From Isurus oxyrinchus (taxonomy: Eukaryota), in assembly GCA_026770705.1 (NCBI GenBank), contig JANJGN010000022.1:19406001-19470000 (forward strand): a DNA stretch of 64,000 nt, given 5' to 3'. Shown piece after piece: positions 61,671-64,000 of the stretch (position 1 is the first letter of the stretch; every line of letters starts with the position of its first letter). The notes under the pieces are model-generated. The model worked only from the letters and a program-made list of their open reading frames with translations. It did no database searches and had not been told where the DNA came from. A program made the translations under genes and the position numbers.

Positions 61671-64000
61671 TGGGGCCCCCTTGTCATTTGGGGGCCCCAT
61701 GCCATGGCACAGTGTGTTTCATTGTAAATCCATCCCTGGGTGTGGAGATCGCCCCAATTCCCTGGAGTCCTCGGGCTCCTGGCCAAATTTCTGTTCCAGC
61801 CTGACAGTCCTCATCGCTCCTGCCTGCTTTAGGCGGGAGACAGTGCTACAGTATTTAAGTGAGGCCAGGGTGTTAAAATTGCCTGATACATACCTCTCCA
61901 CGTATGTTTCCTTCCTATCTGCCGAAACATACAACCATACCCCACAGAGTTAAAGTTGTCCCATGTAGTTTGAAAATATATTTTGGGTTTCTTTTTAAGA
62001 CAATGTGAAATGTTGCAGCTTTCAGGATTTGAGAACTGTATTTGTTGAACACTTTAAAATTGCAGTACAGTATTTGTCTTGCTTGTAAATGCCACTTACT
62101 TAATGATCTGCTTATATAAATCTTTAAGCCAGAGTGTCCATTCTATTCAGGAATTCCTATTTTACATCTATTTGTGGAAAATCTAAATATACTGTCTAAC
62201 TGTTCAATTTAACCTTTAGACTGCCTTGTATCTTGTAATCATGAAACCATCTTTGAAATCATGTAGTATATGGTGGTCCAAAAGTTAAATAAAATCCAGA
62301 ATGTGTTTTGTCAAATGGAAATAATTACTCTGTTTTCTACCTTGCTCCTGTTGCAGTGGTGGTATTATAAGGGCATTTATTTAGGTCATTGTGTAAATGT
62401 TAATGTCTGTGCTACACTGGCAACAAATACATATAGAAATAGTTTTTAAATAAGTTTAATCCTGTTAATAGGCTAGATGCTATGTTGAAATATTGTGGAA
62501 TTTCAGATTAAATTGAACTTTGATTTAGTAGAATGAAGGTGTTCTTTGTCAGATGGATGTTAAGGGTATTCATTGAAATGACTAGTTTCAGTTCAGTTCC
62601 TAATGAACATGAGTCCACAGCACAAGACTGTTTTAGCAATCAGCTGAGCACTGTGCTCAGAACATAATGAAGTGCATGGCGTTGTTAGGTGTTACTGTGT
62701 GTTTATAGATATGGACTTCAGTTTAGCACATTGCTTGAAATATTCTTAGAAACTATTGTTGTAGGCCTGAGAGAAAGCAAAGTTTGAATTTGGGCTGCTG
62801 CAACTTGCGCTTTCTCCTAGCCCCAACATGAAATTTTATTAACACTACCAAGTGTTATCAGATGCAAGTGCCAACTGGGGATTTATTTATATAGATTGTT
62901 GCCAGCATGCCATATTATATCCGTATAAGACTGTTATGGAGCAGGAATCTATTTTGGTTTTATGTGGAGGTTGGGAAAAACCAAAGAAGAAAAATTTGGG
63001 TGGTGGGGGTGAGGTTTCCAGGTGCTGCGTGATAGTATGTAGATCTTACACGAGTAATAATACTGTACATTTCATTTACAATGACTTTTGTTTCAGAATG
63101 CTTGTTATAAATCCAAGAAGTTTTATATCGAAGCATTATGTTCTGGTTCTTCAGCACAAGCGAATATTTTGTCCAGCCCTACCATTCATTGCTATCTCAT
63201 CATAGCTACAAAATGTATTTTTTAAAAATGCTTTCAACATAAATTCTTCCATGAGCACATTTAAATAGAAGCTGTTGGTACTTAAAGTTGTCTGTTTTAG
63301 TTATAAAATGGGTGGAAGTAAATGTGCTGAGAGTGGCCCATTCTTACAACGGGATTTACTTTGCCCGAAAGACTGAAAACCTAAAGCTAAACCTCAACCT
63401 ACATATCCTGCCTGCTAACTTAATGTGCTTTTACTGAAGTTTGATGAGAGATTTTATTTTGCCCTTTCGCGGGAAAATCTAAATCATGTTACATTGTGGA
63501 GATGCACATTTCGGCAGCTGGACATAAATTTGATTTTGATATTCCCCCATTTTAAAAATGGGACATGCTTTGTATTTGATCATTCTCTTTCAAGCAAACA
63601 TTGTGGTCAACAGACTGCATGTCTGTCAAACGCAGTATGAAGGAACCAAAAGGAAGCTAGTGGTTTTAGCAAATAGATACAGAAGCTTAAAGGAAGCCTG
63701 GCTCTTGATTCACATAAACATGTTAGAGAGCTGTGATCCAGTACTAATTAAGCAAAGGAAATTTTCTTTCATGTCTTAATGCCTGGTCCTCAAATTCCTT
63801 CTTAATCAAAAACATGACAAAAGCTTAATTTATCTAACCTTGCTTCCAGTAAATATCCCTGTAGGCAAAAAGAGATCTTTTTGAAGTGACTGTTTTGTTT
63901 AAAATGCTTTGCTACATCAGCTGTTTTTATATAAAAACCTAAGTAATTGACATATCCAAACTACTATTTTTAAATAAATTGGATAAATTGGACTGTTGTT

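Noticed and set aside
60500-64000. Possible next gene downstream of TBC1D16
   Set aside because: No recognisable coding exon or CpG-rich promoter; only SINE remnants and AT-rich sequence

Overview
Vertebrate genomic DNA, most likely a cartilaginous fish (shark), judged from its repeat families. The only intact gene is the 3' part of TBC1D16 (Rab-GAP): eight + strand coding exons from 3101 to the stop at 43955, all with GT-AG junctions and matching phases. The rest is mostly decayed, often nested transposons: a Vingi/Ingi-like LINE, CR1, L2 and RTE LINEs, Deu-domain SINEs, a hAT-Charlie element, a two-ORF PIF/Harbinger element and its MITEs, and possible solo LTRs. Most notable is a dispersed family of Penelope-like-element 3' fragments carrying a minimal type-I hammerhead ribozyme motif. 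One copy is attached to a GIY-YIG ORF end, one has a canonical core, and three share a non-canonical CUGUYGA core. Also present: an ADPRH-like fragment in an intron, an intron-retaining tRNA-Ile(UAU) pseudogene, an ORF1-less LINE with a tRNA-like head, and a 5'-inverted RTE. Repeat boundaries are approximate, and family calls come from recalled motifs, not database searches.
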